NCBI RefSeq assembly: GCF_964204645.1
Contig: NC_134028.1
Location: forward strand, 23,990,345-24,054,344
Length of the DNA stretch: 64,000 nt
Source of the DNA: Tubulanus polymorphus
Taxonomy: Eukaryota > Animalia > Nemertea
Reading direction: 5' to 3'
Shown: positions 14,266-27,509 of the stretch, in pieces
Position numbering within the stretch: the first letter of the stretch is position 1
Layout of the letters: the number at the start of each line of letters is the position of its first letter
Notes under the pieces: generated by a model
Told to the model about the DNA's origin: nothing
Database searches by the model: none
Seen by the model: the letters and a program-made list of their open reading frames with translations, nothing else
Translations under genes and position numbers: made by a program

Positions 14266-16167
14266 ATACATGCGTTCACAGGCACATTGCATGTGAAAAG
14301 TCATATTACATTGTAACAACTTTAAAGATACAAAGTATAGATTTTAAAATACAAAGAGAAAGTGATATTTTTCTAAAAGCTAGACATTTTTATTATCAAT
14401 TTATACAAGAAGGTGATTTTCAAATTCACACATCAATATATCACGCAGGTGTACCATATAATATAAAACTACACTTGGTACTTATTGTTGAATTCAATAT
14501 GCTTTTTTCAGTCACACAAAATATTTCTTCAATAAATACACAGAAATTATTATCACGTTCACCCTCTAGCCGACTCCGATTTGTGTTGCATTTAAATGCA
14601 TTATTGAACTTACACATAGATATTAAACAAGACAACTTGAATATACCCAGAACTAAACTTACACAACCTTTTTATCTTATTGACAATTAGCTCAAAAAAT
14701 ATAGCAAGAAAATGACAGGCACTATGATGAGTTAACTTGAATATAGGCCTACATGAATTTAGTAAGGTTCAAGTTTCATTTAATACAGGGGCAGATCCAG
14801 AGGCAGACTTTAACAGGAGTGCAAAGCAAAGGGCAAAGCAAAGTACTGAAATATCCACCAAGCCAAAACAAAGGTCTGGAAAGTTTTAAATTATCAGTGC
14901 ATTTTCATGCAATTTCTACGCTTTTTTGAGGGACATTTACTAGAGAATAAATGCTAAATCTCACAGTGCGGAGTGACTATTGTCTCATTAGTTGCAGTTG
15001 GAAAGTGCCTTGAAAAATAATGTCATTGTTTTTTCAAAACAGTAAGGGAAAATTGCAGTCTGTGTCCACCCCTTGAAATAATCTACCTAATGAGAAATGC
15101 CCGATATAAATCAACTGTCAGTGCCATCAATGTTTAACTGTCCTTCCTTTCAGGCCTGTTGTAAATGCGGACGAACAGTTAAGGAAATTCTAAAATTAGC
15201 ACAAGATTTTGTGTTCATTTTGAACACCAATGAAAACGGAAGACAAAATTAAAGACAAGTTTTTCAAGCAGTATTATAACTTCATAAGATCATCAAGGGA
15301 TTCATACATCGTTAAAACAGCAGTTATATCATCTCCTCCTAAACACATAAAACAATACAATCCTTTCATATAAACACTTGACACGATGTAACCAAGAGAA
15401 CACATCCTCCCCACCAGGGATTCGACTTGACTCGGCCACAGTATGGAACCCTGTCACAGTGCCACAGAAATCCTGTTTATTTTAGCCTAAGGTTTTCACA
15501 GTTGGGCAATCTGATTGGTGCGGCAAGTTTTCTTGTGCCTATGCACCCGGTCTAGCGTGGCTGGATTTCTTGCTGTGGCTGAGTTTAGGGATGCCATCAG
15601 GTTGGAACCTGCTGAGGGAGGATGAGAAAACATGGATTTTATTTTGGCAGATCGAAATTTCTGTCCAACTAAATAGCCCTCTGAATGACTCATAAAGAAT
15701 TGACCCATAGACACGAAGACAACAAATTTTCTAATTGAAAACTTCAGAGTTCAATCATGGTTTACCGAGTAAGATATTCAAATTTGTTCATAAACAACAT
15801 AGTGAGTCAAGTGATTATATACTGTGTCATATTATTGCACTATATCACCTAAAATCGTACACGCACAAATTGACAAGATCGACTAAACTATTGAAGAGAT
15901 TGACAGAAGTGCACCTATTCAACTCTGATGATTATTTTATCAAAATTTAATTTTTGTCGTTTCGAAATTTCGCCAATAAATGATTAGAACATGATCTAGA
16001 TTATTACATCGATAAAGAACAATAAAGATGTTTTTCTATAACTGATTAAAGTCGTTCCACCACTGATGTTGTAGCTATAGATGTATACAAACAAAAAAAC
16101 GTTATGTATTTTGATGATGTATATCATAAACAATTAAATACTCTGTTATTTCGAATAAAAATTCTAA

Positions 16168-16328
16168 TACAGTAGAACTCATTTAATTCGGACGACTAGG
16201 GACTGGCCAAATTTCTCCGAATTAAGTCAAATCCGAATTATGAATAGTAGTTAATAGGTTACAGGTTAAATGGACCAAATATTTCACCGGAATTAAGTGA
16301 AAATCCGAATTAAGGGCATTCTACTGTA
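16168..16328. mobile_element. Tc1/pogo-type MITE (TA-CAGT...ACTG-TA)
   Basis: TACAGTAGAACTCATTTAATTCGG...CCGAATTAAGGGCATTCTACTGTA with internal CCGAATTAAG repeats. Confidence 0.7.
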
Positions 16329-18280
16329 TCAGTATTGAATTATACAAGGTAAGTACGATGCAAGATTTTTGCAAAAATATTTCTCAATTTTTCTTCATTC
16401 ATACATTTTATGAAGATAATAAATTGAAGCGTAATTGTCATAGCCATAAATTGAAGTATTCAAACATTAAAAGTTCTCTTTGAAAATGGATTTGTTTCAG
16501 CGTTGCCTGCGCTGATAAGGCGAACAAACAAACCCGAGACAAATATAAACTGAAAGTAAACAACGACATGACGTTCATGTAAGATTGCCCAAGTGTGAAC
16601 AATAAAACTTACTTTTGATTACTTGGAATACTCATAATTTCGAATACAAACCGGAATCTACAGGAACCATGTTTTTACTACTAGTGAGTTAAAAGGGCTC
16701 GACTGTGTCGAAAATATCGCTGAAAATTCTCGATATACGAACAATGGTTTCTGTACTCATATAAATCAGTAGAATAGAGCAGGAATGGATCTCATAGCCT
16801 TCAATTCTTTACAATAATCATTATCGATATACACTAGTTTTCAAGATTTAGCACAGATGTATATAATATATCTATTATAAGATGTTATTCATGAATAAAG
16901 AATATGGCAAAAAACATCAATTATCATACCACAATTCCACATATTTATTTTGTTGTTGTTGTTAGACCAAGCCGAATAAAACAAATACCGAACTATCCCA
17001 AAACAACACTAATCTATTATAACATAACTCACAATCATTTCGTGCGACATTGTTCGCAAATGACCGCGAAAAATTATACTTTGAGCAAGCTATCCCTGCA
17101 CTGCGAACCTGAAAATAAAATTCAACATTCTTTGTCACCTTAAAGACCCACGAAAATAACGCATTCGGCATAGATTAATCACAAAACATTACGTTAAGTA
17201 CAAGAGAAGGGAAAGGATAGAAAATAATAGATTAAATACCAGACCCGTGCCGAGGGGGGGATTCGAGGGTAGCGAACGAACCCCCTAAAATTGTGAAAAA
17301 TGATAGCGGCCAGGCGCAAGATTCAAACTCCTGCTGATCATTCGCCGATCCAGTGAATAGGAAAGTGACCCCTTTTCACAGGTGAAAAGGGTGTACTTAT
17401 ACTTGAAGAATACTACACTTTTCAGATCAATACCACAAAAGATCGATTCGACAATATGTTTCAAGTTGAGACAAATATCCGTTTAGACGACAGATGAAAG
17501 TAATGTCTTTCCCGTCCGATCACGTTGTATCATACACGATATATTCGACGAATAGAATATAAACAACGCAGAAAATATTAATCAGTTTAATTCGAGAAGA
17601 TTGAATTACGCGCTTTTCGAGTGAAAATCAAACACACTTATCAAAGTTTACTATACATAATGCTGTGATTTATATATAAAGCTAAAAGATCAGAGTTTGT
17701 TAAATTTTCTTAGGTGTTTTTTTTTTGCATTTACTGAAACGAACAATTGGCAGAGAACTAACGTAGTGATAATCGAGTTTCGAAATAGAATGTGGTTCAA
17801 AGTGACACGCTCATCTATACAAAGGATTGTAACTTCAACAGCTGCCTTATATTAATTAATTCAATCTTTTAAAGAGAATTTCATTCTCGAAAAATTTCTA
17901 AGAAATGACCGTAACTGAGGCGGTAAAACGAACAGTACACAGCATGTCCACAAATTGCCTCCTTATCCTCGAATTTCATTCAGAGTTTTGTCGGTTTTAA
18001 AAGTGTTACGTAATAAAATATTTATCGCTATACAGGTATAATTATGTAAGATTATTGATCTGATCATCCGATTTCGATTTCGAAGCACACGTTTATCTTT
18101 ACGAGTCACGATCAGCCGGGATGTCCCCGTTAACGGGATTAACCCCTCGTAATAAATACGTCTAATGAATCCCAACCTTTGCAACGACACCACCGACTCA
18201 TTCTTCACCTTCTCCAATAATTACTTAATCAATCAATTAATTAGATAAAGTTACTAGAACTAATACGAGATATTACAACG

Positions 18281-21200
18281 TTACGACATCGGTATCGTTT
18301 GCCTTTGAAGAATTCGGCTATGACAATAAGGGCAATCAGTCCGCACACCAGCACACGATTCACACAGCACACAATGATTACAGGGTACCAGTCCGACGGT
18401 ACGGTTCCTGTCTCGACATACAATACATTTCATATTTGAATACTGGTACAGGGCCTGAAATGAACAACAATAACATTAAGCTCTTCCTTTATTTTCTTCG
18501 TAAATTTCCCCGTTCCTCGGAGAAAGCGAAGACGTACGTTACCTTTTCAGTCCTATCTGTATCTAGGCGTAATTGCTGTTGTAATTGTTTAAGTTGTGAA
18601 ATTGGTAAAATGTCCAACTCGTTACCGCGTAATAGAAACCGTATATAAGGATTACTTGATAATAATTCTAATTCCTGTTTCATTTTCGCTACTTGACTTA
18701 AAGCCTGAAAAGAGAATTGGAAATTATGGCTCGCAATCATGGACAGCACTTTCGTTGTTTGCTACAGTCGGGACCTCGTTACGATGAACTTCAGGGGCTG
18801 GTTCCTCAGTTGAGACTTAAGTCCAAAAATGGTCTTAAATCTTAAGACTGGTCTTATAGAACTAAGGCTATATAGAACTAAGATGGTCTTAAATTGGTCT
18901 TAAGTCTAAGCCATGACTAAGGAATTGGGCTCTGGGGATCAGAAAGTATCAAGCATTTATTCGATAAATCCAGTATGAAATTATTACGATTGTCTTATTT
19001 GGGACAAAATCATAGGTTTGTAAAACTGATAAATCCCTATATACGAGGTCGTTATGAGGAGGTTCTCTACTGTATCGATAGAGTGCACGTGGTGTTGAAC
19101 GATTTTTACCTCTTCTCTCTGACGTATTAACTGTAAACGATCCTCCTCTGCTAATTTTGCCTTTTTGTGGCTATCTTCAGCTTCTTTCTTCCACGCTTCA
19201 CAAGCCTGCAACGAGCGAACAACCGATTATTAATTTCTGAACGAGACAAATTCATTTCAATATCCGAGTGGCCACTTCTCTACATGATTTGCTTTTTCCC
19301 CCGACACGCGCGTTGCTTTCCCTGACTTGATCTGCTATGACAGTCAAATATGTAAAACATAGATGGAAACTTTCTCAACAAATTTCCCTGATTTATAACT
19401 TTTTTTTTTTTACAAAATCCCTGACTTTTGAGAGAAATGAAAATTCCTCGACTTTTTCCTGATTTCCAGACCACGCCAAATACGCCATCAGTCGACTTAC
19501 ACTTCGAGCCTGGTTGATACCGTCTTCCCAGGAGACTAATTTCGCTTTATTGCTCGCCAACTCATCGCGTAAACGTTGAATTTCCGACGACGGGTTGTTA
19601 CCGAACGGACTGCCCGAATTCATCATCAACGGCGACTGCGACGACGACGACTGCGTTCGAGGAGACACGGTCGTATTGGAAACGCTCGCGTATAAATCGT
19701 TCATACTCGGCATCGCGTATTTTCCCGGATTCGGTTGACTAAGAAAAGCAGCGGCAGCCTGTACGCGGAAACGAAAATAATATACGCGTTTAAAATGAAA
19801 TCATCACTCAATAAACACAACGCAACAATCGTCGACGACAATATATGGAATATCGACAAATTCAAGTTCTGAAATTTCTCGTTTGATGGCGCTTGTAACA
19901 ACTGGCAAGTGGAACCTGGCAATCAGAACTAGAATTTGTCGATATTCCGTATTACTTCATAAAAACACATTTCAAAATCGTCGTTATTTGAGAATGAAAA
20001 CTGAATTATTTCACACACCGGAATACATCGCTCACATAGCATGCGTTTACTCAGTACAAACAACAACAGATATCAAGGTACAGAAGTTCATCGTCACATG
20101 TTTGTTTTTTGTTAAACGAAACACTTAACGGTGTAATAGTCAATATTCACTTCGACGATTGATTGTCTGAAATTTGAACTCGTTATTTCTATTCTACAAA
20201 TTATCGGTTAAAAATCACGTACTGATTGTACCAAACAATTCCAAGAAATAAACATCGAAGGGCAATGTACGATATCATTTTTTTTTTTGTCGACGAAAAA
20301 GAAAGTTTTGAAATCGCTCAAAATTCGTTATGCATGATGACAAAAAGCTAAGGTTAGCACTGAATGGTAGGAACATCAAGGGACAAACAAGGCCTAAAGA
20401 AATACGCTAAAAACCCTCCAGCAAAGCTTATATTTTACACGAAAGTTCGTTAATGTGAATCTCAAAGATATTTTAGACGTGCTGAAGGGTGAAAATGTTG
20501 AAGGAAACATATCCGTCATTTTCAGATTGATCGCGGATGTCGTATTATTTTTTTTTTTACCTGTGGACTTGGACGATGCATGCCCCAAGATTTAGGACCA
20601 CTGCCAAAGCTCTGAAAACGTACAAGCTATCCGGGTAAAATTATTCTATCAAGCACGAATAACTTTTCCCCACGCTTACACCGGCTAAATCATTACGTGC
20701 AACTGATCAGCACTAATGATCCAGAGGCGGGAATTAGATGAACGAAATGAACTGGCGCCTTCGAATGTCTACTCGGTTTTAACATTGAATGAATGAATGC
20801 CCCATCGCCAGTCACATTGGCAGTATACGATTACAAGCTATGAGATCGACAATGAAATGTTCAGTCATGCAGTTATCTCTATCAGTTATAGCCGATGAAT
20901 GGTTTATGGTAAGAAAGAAGCTTCGGTAAGAAGTAGTTAAGACGAAAGGAGATCGAGGATCCCGGTCACCTGATTCATTATGCGGGATGATTAGAGAAAC
21001 GATACGTAAGATCGGTCTAGTTTGATAAATGATTGAAACGCCGTCGTTCCGACTGCAATCATCGAGTCAAAACAATAGTCTGGATCGATTAAATATCATA
21101 TCATAGCGCGATATACGTAAGAAACTAGAGAGCGATAAAAGGTATGCGTATCAATTTGAATGTTGTTTCAAACGTACCTGTTCGATTTGTTGTTCTTGTT

Positions 21201-24200
21201 TCTGCTGTTGTTGAAGATGTTGAGGAATGAAAGTCGGCGCCAGGTTACTCAACGGCGACGGAGGAGACTGCGACAGACTTCCTAAACTACCGCGCTGTAT
21301 TTTACCGGGTATATTCACAGGCACCGACGTAGCACCAATACATGAACCTACAATAACAATACATGAACCTACAATACCAATACATGAAACTACAATAACA
21401 ATACATGAAACTACAATACCAATACATGAAACTACAATAACAATACATGAAACTACAATACCAATACATGAAACTACAATACCAATACATGAAACTACAA
21501 TACCAATACATGAACTTACAATGCATTGTTTTATGATTGTTCATTAGTCATACAAGGATTAACTTATAACAGGGTGGCCACTTTCCACCCATTAACAAAT
21601 CCCCTGGGCCCGGTTTCATAGACTGGTATTACCTTTAACCCGGGGGCTAAGTAAATTGAGAATGAATTAAGTTAGCCCTCGGGTTGAAGGTAATACCAGT
21701 CTGTAAAACCGGCCCCAGAGTTTTCCATGTTTTTTCCGCGCAAAATAAATAATTTAGCTTGTTGAATTATTATCGGTAACATACCTGATGAAGGATACCC
21801 AGCACTATATGAACTGCTCACTGAATTTGAGTCGTTATCTCTTTCTAGTTCTTTATCTATCGAACTCAAGTCGAAATCGTCTATAGTCAGATCATCTAAA
21901 GCATTTCCTACAATATTCGAGAAAACATATCATCATAGCAGAATGGTCCGTACACTCACAGACATACACAATAACTTCATAAGATTAAAATAAACTGTTT
22001 ATAAATCTTAAAGGTTAGAAACGTTAAAATCCGATGAAACATTTCTGACTAGCTCTTCAAGAGACCATCGTCTAGCAATATCAAAAATCTACGAAATAAG
22101 TTCGGTAATTTTCGAAAATATGAAATAACGCTGCGTTACCTATCACGGATTCAACCGTATCAGCGGGGGGATAGAACGACGGCGCGTGGGGCGACATAAT
22201 CGACGGTGTATTAGGAGTCGAACCCGAACTGTTGCTATATAACATAAATAAATTCTGTTTACGCTTGTTTTTCTCTGCTACGTCTAAAGTCGGATCGTTA
22301 TCTATCGCTAGAATTTGTTGTCTAATTTTCTGAAAAAAGAGAAGGAGACAGAAACGTCGATTTGATAAATACCGTCTGTTTCTATTTCGGCGTGTAATTC
22401 CGAGAATCGCGACGACTTATTTATGAAAACACGATGAAAACTTACAATAGTGTCTTCTCGCTCGGAACCGGGCGCCTTCGCGTAATTACTGTTATCCGAA
22501 ACCATACTACTTCCTATACTGCTAGATCGACCCTTCCCTATAGGTTCAGGAATTATAGAACCGGGCTGATTCAACCCAATGCTGTTATTCTGTGGACGAA
22601 TAATACACACATTTTCCATATAATCTATGTTAATGTATTATGCATAAATTGATGCTTCCTACAATTTTGGATACTCTATCCAGAGGCAGGGGGACTTGTA
22701 AGCCTTATACAAATCCATCAAATTTATGGAGACTTTTCATTTTGCCAACAAAGATAATTGGTGCATTTCAGTGTGGGTGTACGCTAAATATCGCCTTTTT
22801 TGACATCAAAGTGCTCTTTTTGGACTTAAAGGTTCTTCTAAATTTACCCCTCAATTTTTAAAAAATCTAAGAGTTCTTTTGAAATGTGACTGACTAGTTC
22901 TTCAAAATTAGCCCCTCTATGGACTAATTGTGGAAAAATAAAACATCTAAGTGCCTTTTTGGGACGCGACAAGTCCTTCAAAATTAGCCTCTGGATCCAC
23001 CCCTGCTATCGTCAACAGATATAATGCAAAAATACCTGATTAAAACTAGATTGAGGCTGCCAACTATGTGAATGTTGATATCCCGATGGGAATCCATTGC
23101 CATTAGTCGTAACGGGCTTCATGCCTGACGATGTATTACTATCTATTCCATTTTTGTTGCTAGCCGAATGATTATTATTACTAGTCGACGGAGGCAAAGC
23201 ATTCGTCACAAATGCCGCTAAACTGTTATCCGAATTCACGGTAATATCACGTTCAGTTGTCATCTCCTCTGTTGAAATAGAAATCACCGATATAAACATC
23301 GGAGTTGCGACAATAAACGACTTCCCAGTTGTAAATTTTAAACTTACGCTCAACGTGCGCGAACGCACAAAAAGGTCCCCTCGGACAATATCCGGTTTGC
23401 ACCATATCGTTACATTTCGTAGACTTGTAAATCTCTGGGTGAAATTGTTGCTCGGTTCTCGAGTGACAGTAAGGGCAGTTGTCTCCGTTTTCACATTGAT
23501 TCGGATCACCCCAATCATCACCGTGTTTTACATTCGGACACGGGGTCGACCTAAAATCAAATCAAACATAGCTTTTTTATCTAACTAGTCCCTCTGTCAC
23601 ACCATACGCTTCTGTATTTTTTCATAAAAATTCTATGACTTTCACCGACTTGGGCACTAAGGCTGAAATTCCCTGATCCTTTCGAGACCGGGATCCAGTT
23701 CCACAGTTATGAGTTAAAACCAATTCATTTTCAATGAGTTAACTCTAAAACCAATTCATTTTAGATGAGTTAACTCTTGAGTCGTGGAACTGGGTCCAGA
23801 ACAGCTATTTCTTAAATACACTTTTTTCAAATAAACTTTTTTTTTCCGAATTTTCACCAAAGCTTGTTACAGAGCAATACATATGAGATCAAACTGACCT
23901 ATATTTAAATTTCTTTGGACTTCTTCTCTTATCTCTCGAATTATGATATGATGGGCAAGCGTATCCTTGTCGACATAACCTAGGAGGACGCTTGCATGGT
24001 TCCGTTTTATAATTTGCTAATACGTAATTAGTATCTGAAAGAGATCGAGGGATTTTTAGAAAATTCTTGTAAATAAAAAATCAAGAAATAAATACGAAAC
24101 CCGCGTATTCTATATCCGTACCATTCCATTTAGGATCTTCATTTAATATTCTATCTTTTTCTATACTGTTAGGCGTTCCTAGATGTCCCGAACTCATCTG

Positions 24201-26274
24201 CGGCGATTCCGCCTGCATGCCAATAGGTGGCAGCGACATCGATAACGGCATCGTTATGCCCTCCGCGCATTTATCCAACGGCATCACGTCCATGGCTTGA
24301 ATCTCGCGTACGTCGTACGCCGGCGGGCGTAGATCCAACGCTCCGTGCGCGAACGCGCAATGCGGTCCATTTTTAACGCAGTGGCCCCGCGCATCCGTCT
24401 CGTGAACGCACGTTCCCGTCTTGTAGTATCTTAAATGGTAACGTCTTTCTGTATCACCGGCAGTTCGGTGTAAATACGGGCACCTAGGAAAAAATATCAC
24501 GATCCATAAAGAAAGCGAAAAAATAGAATTCAGCAATTTAGAGGAATCACGATTGGTAGAACACTATATCCGTGTTGACGCGATGAGGAGAGAATCCCAC
24601 AATGATAATAAAAAGTCCGAAAATGAAACTTCGAGATAGTAGTTTATTTCAACGTTTCGACTATATCCTAATATTATTCCTGAAGATGACTATTAGGATA
24701 TAGTCGAAACGTTGAAATAAACTACTATCTCGATGTTTCATTTTCGGACTTTTTATTATCATTGTGGGATTCTCTCCTCATTTAGAGGAATATCCACTGA
24801 GAAACTAAAACAAAAATTTATGAACTGAAAAATTTAGTAATAGTTACTGTTAGAAATGGTAGAGAAAAATCCCCAATTCTACGAGGTTGGAAAAAATTCT
24901 TGTAACCAGTGTTTTATTAATGGTGATTCTTCTTTGTAATTTCGAAAGTATGTTTCAAATGGCCGCTTTACCCCATTCAAAAATTTCCTGAGTTGTCTTT
25001 GTTACAACACAAAATTCTTGAATCTGCGGCAGGTGAATGGAGAAATTTATGATATATTAATTTTGCATTGTTGAAGTAACCTCGTGGTAAAAACGAATCT
25101 GAATTCCCTGAGTTATGCAGCTTTTTACCAAATTATTTTGAATTTTACAAGATTTGTTCTTGATGTTTCTGATAACCTTTAGTTCCAATGTGGATGGATC
25201 CAGTGGAAAAATTCATTTTTAGGGGTTTTTTCAAAAAGGTTTCTTTCTTAAAATCTAAAAGGGCAATTTCCATAAAGATTAGGGGAAATTTTTTCAGGAA
25301 CTCTGTCAAGCGGTCGAAGGGGCCCTTTCATTTAACCTTGCACTGAAAATATTTGATAAGCCCCCATTAACTAACTACCTACTGACACTGACAGATTCTG
25401 ATATTTTGATAAGAAAATAAATTTTGAATAAATCTTTAATTTTCATTCAAAAACATTGTCTTGATAAATATATGTGAAAAACTAAAGCATAGAGCACAAA
25501 GTCAATAATTGATATTCATTGAAATAATTGGTCAAAATCTATGACATGGTCAGATTGACAGGTGACAGATGGATGTAAATAAACAAATAGAGATCTAGCA
25601 GCACGCGTGTGTGTGCTATACAAAGCAAAACATGGCGGCCATGTTTGTTGTTTACAAGCTGAGTGAATGTGACAGAAAGAACGATTACACCTCAATACAT
25701 TCATCAATCGATATCTAAATTACGCCCTAATTAAGAGACAATACCCGGGAACAAGCGGGCCGGGATGTCTACGTTCTTAATTAACGATAATTGACCCTAA
25801 ATCGCCACTATACGGATATGATAATTAAGCTGAATACCCGTATGAAAGAAGTTTCCCACCAAATTCGATTTTTGAAGAAAGAGAGAATTTACTCACTCGT
25901 CACCGTCGGGACAGATACCTGTCGTCTCGTCATACTTCGTACAATAAATATCCGGACTGTAATTAAATGTCCCGTCGCGTCGACGGATCGGTCGACGTCG
26001 CCGCTGATTCAGAAAATGCCAGTGAAAACAAGTGTACGGTCTATGTTGCGTACATTTGTGTTGAGTGAAGAGAGGGCATTGCTGAGTGCGAAATTCCTTT
26101 AAATACCTGAAAAACCGAACGACGATACGCTATCAGCGATATACCATCGGAAACTAGAAAATCTCGGCTATACGATAATTATCGCGGCGATATTCAACGC
26201 TAACGAACTTACGTGTAATGATGCGGTTTTTCGGTCTGTGTCGGAGGAATCGCAGCTATTTCACACACAGGCAT
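18281..26274 (-). CDS. UNK: Unkempt (UNK/UNKL) tandem-CCCH RNA-binding RING finger protein, multi-exon
   Basis: Start MPVCEIAAIPPTQTEKPHHYT|YLKEF; CCCH fingers (HRTAGDTERRYHLRYYKTGTCVHETDARGHCVKNGPHCAFAHG; CPRGPFCAFAH); PVNIPG; coiled coil WEDGINQARS/ACEAWKKEAE; RING CIVCRDRNRTVGLVPCNHCVLCESCAGVRTDCPYC, stop at 18281-18283. Confidence 0.95.
21334..21522. repeat. 21-bp minisatellite, 9 copies, spanning an UNK intron/exon junction
   Basis: CATGAA recurs at 21341, 21362 ... 21509 with exact 21-nt period. Confidence 0.95.
21604..21719. mobile_element. ~115-bp hairpin MITE (CTGGGCCCGG...CCGGCCCCAG) nested in a CAGGGTGGCCA-type element; related copies at ~7777-7901, ~18793-18934, ~23689-23799 and ~40239-40364
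   Basis: Arms CCGGTTTCATAGACTGGTATTACCTTTAACCCGGGGGCTAA / TTAGCCCTCGGGTTGAAGGTAATACCAGTCTGTAAAACCGG; similar G-rich TIRs at the other sites. Confidence 0.65.
24548..24779 (+). mobile_element. Penelope-like element remnant (inverted pseudo-LTR) with hammerhead ribozyme, in an UNK intron
   Basis: Flanked by direct repeat ATTTAGAGGAAT (24536-24547 and 24780-24791); ~91-bp inverted arms 24583-24673 / 24691-24781; hammerhead core at 24680-24713. Confidence 0.75.
24674..24720 (+). ncRNA. Minimal type I hammerhead ribozyme
   Basis: UUAUUC-CUGAAGA-U-GACUAU(UAGGAU)AUAGUC-GAAAC-GUU-GAAAUAA: core, 6-bp stem II, palindromic AACGUU, bulged stem I. Confidence 0.7.
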
Positions 26275-26852
26275 TTTATACATTTTGCGCACCTGCTCCG
26301 CGCACTGGCGCTCATTGGACGCAGTGAAACCACGTGACTATCAATGACGGGAATCCCCAGAAATCAGCTGCATTTGTCAACAATAACAACGAAATTATCG
26401 ATCAGAAATAGCCTCCTCTTTTCGAAGTCGGGTTCGAATCCCGTAGTAGATAAGAGTAAGAATATCCCGCTCATAAATTTACCAGTGTACCGTCGAAAGA
26501 TAAGCCATCCAAGTCGAGTAAACCATAGAAATGTGAACTGAAGAATTCACATTTCAGTAATTTGGTAAACTTTGATCCAAAACTAACATCAAAGTTTTTC
26601 CTCACCTATCGCTAGCCAGTAATCTGTCTGTGGTCTAGTAGCTTCACAAAACACAAGTTGCTAAAGCCATCTGACTAAAAAAGCTTCACCAGCGATTAGG
26701 TACATAATTACTAAACTATCAAACCTCATGATTGGAAATCATTAAAAACCAGACAAAAACCTCATAAACTTGTAGAGCAAAAGGAACGAAAAAGCACAGC
26801 GAAAAATATTCTTTATTTAGGAAATGCACTTAATTTCGTAGCAAATATCTAT

Positions 26853-27509
26853 TTACACCACTGACAATTTCTTTGTAACGGAATCTCTAAAAAACTGGAA
26901 CACGGTTTTACTAGCTTCCTTGCAAGCCGTCAAACAAGATTGAAACTGTTCGTTCGTAAAACAGCCATCGGTGTGAACGCTAACGACATCGAAATCAACA
27001 CTATCGAACACGAATGTCATCGACGCGACGGCATTAGATTCGACATCGAGAGTAGGATCCAAATGAAGGCGTCCATCTTGATCGATTATACACGCGATCG
27101 CTGCGATTAATTTCGAGACGGAGACCGCCGCGTCGAGTAGAGCTAAAGTCGCTGCGTTTATACAACACGCCAATAAAGAACCGTGATCTTCTAGAATTTG
27201 TAAAACGATCGAGATTGAAGTACGTGGATGGAGACCGGCTAAGATCACCGTTTCGCACGTATTGCGTAATATACACTCTCGCAGTCTTTCGGCGCAACCC
27301 GGCAGTCCAACGCTCGGTTTATACACGACTTCAACCGATGCTTTATCGATGAGTTCTTTATTCGGGCGGACCTCCGTCGGTCCGTACACGGCGGCCATTA
27401 CTGATGTGTTTCCCTGTGTAAGAAGTGCCGACCCGTCGCTGCGAGTGAGGGTGCTCTGTTCGCATGTAGTCGCACGCAGCTCTAGTGACGTTTCTTCAGT
27501 GGTTTCCAT
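26853..27509 (-). CDS. EXOSC5: Exosome component RRP46, single-exon CDS
   Basis: RNase PH fold: LTRSDGSALLTQGNTSVMAAVYGP, LHPRTSISIVLQILEDHGSLLACCINAATLALLDA, LDPT; likely start METTEE at 27509. Confidence 0.93.
   Translation of the reverse strand: METTEETSLELRATTCEQSTLTRSDGSALLTQGNTSVMAAVYGPTEVRPNKELIDKASVEVVYKPSVGLPGCAERLRECILRNTCETVILAGLHPRTSISIVLQILEDHGSLLACCINAATLALLDAAVSVSKLIAAIACIIDQDGRLHLDPTLDVESNAVASMTFVFDSVDFDVVSVHTDGCFTNEQFQSCLTACKEASKTVFQFFRDSVTKKLSVV

Noticed and set aside
14238-14690. 150-aa ORF upstream of H3.3 and the other short ORFs in UTR-like DNA (14-18 kb, 58-64 kb)
   Set aside because: Mostly non-ATG starts, AT-rich UTR composition, no motifs and no splice support.
21302-21544. 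Cys/Tyr/Trp-rich ORF (MYWYCSF)n and the opposite-strand (IHETTIP)n ORF
   Set aside because: Translations of the 21-bp minisatellite in frames other than the UNK frame.
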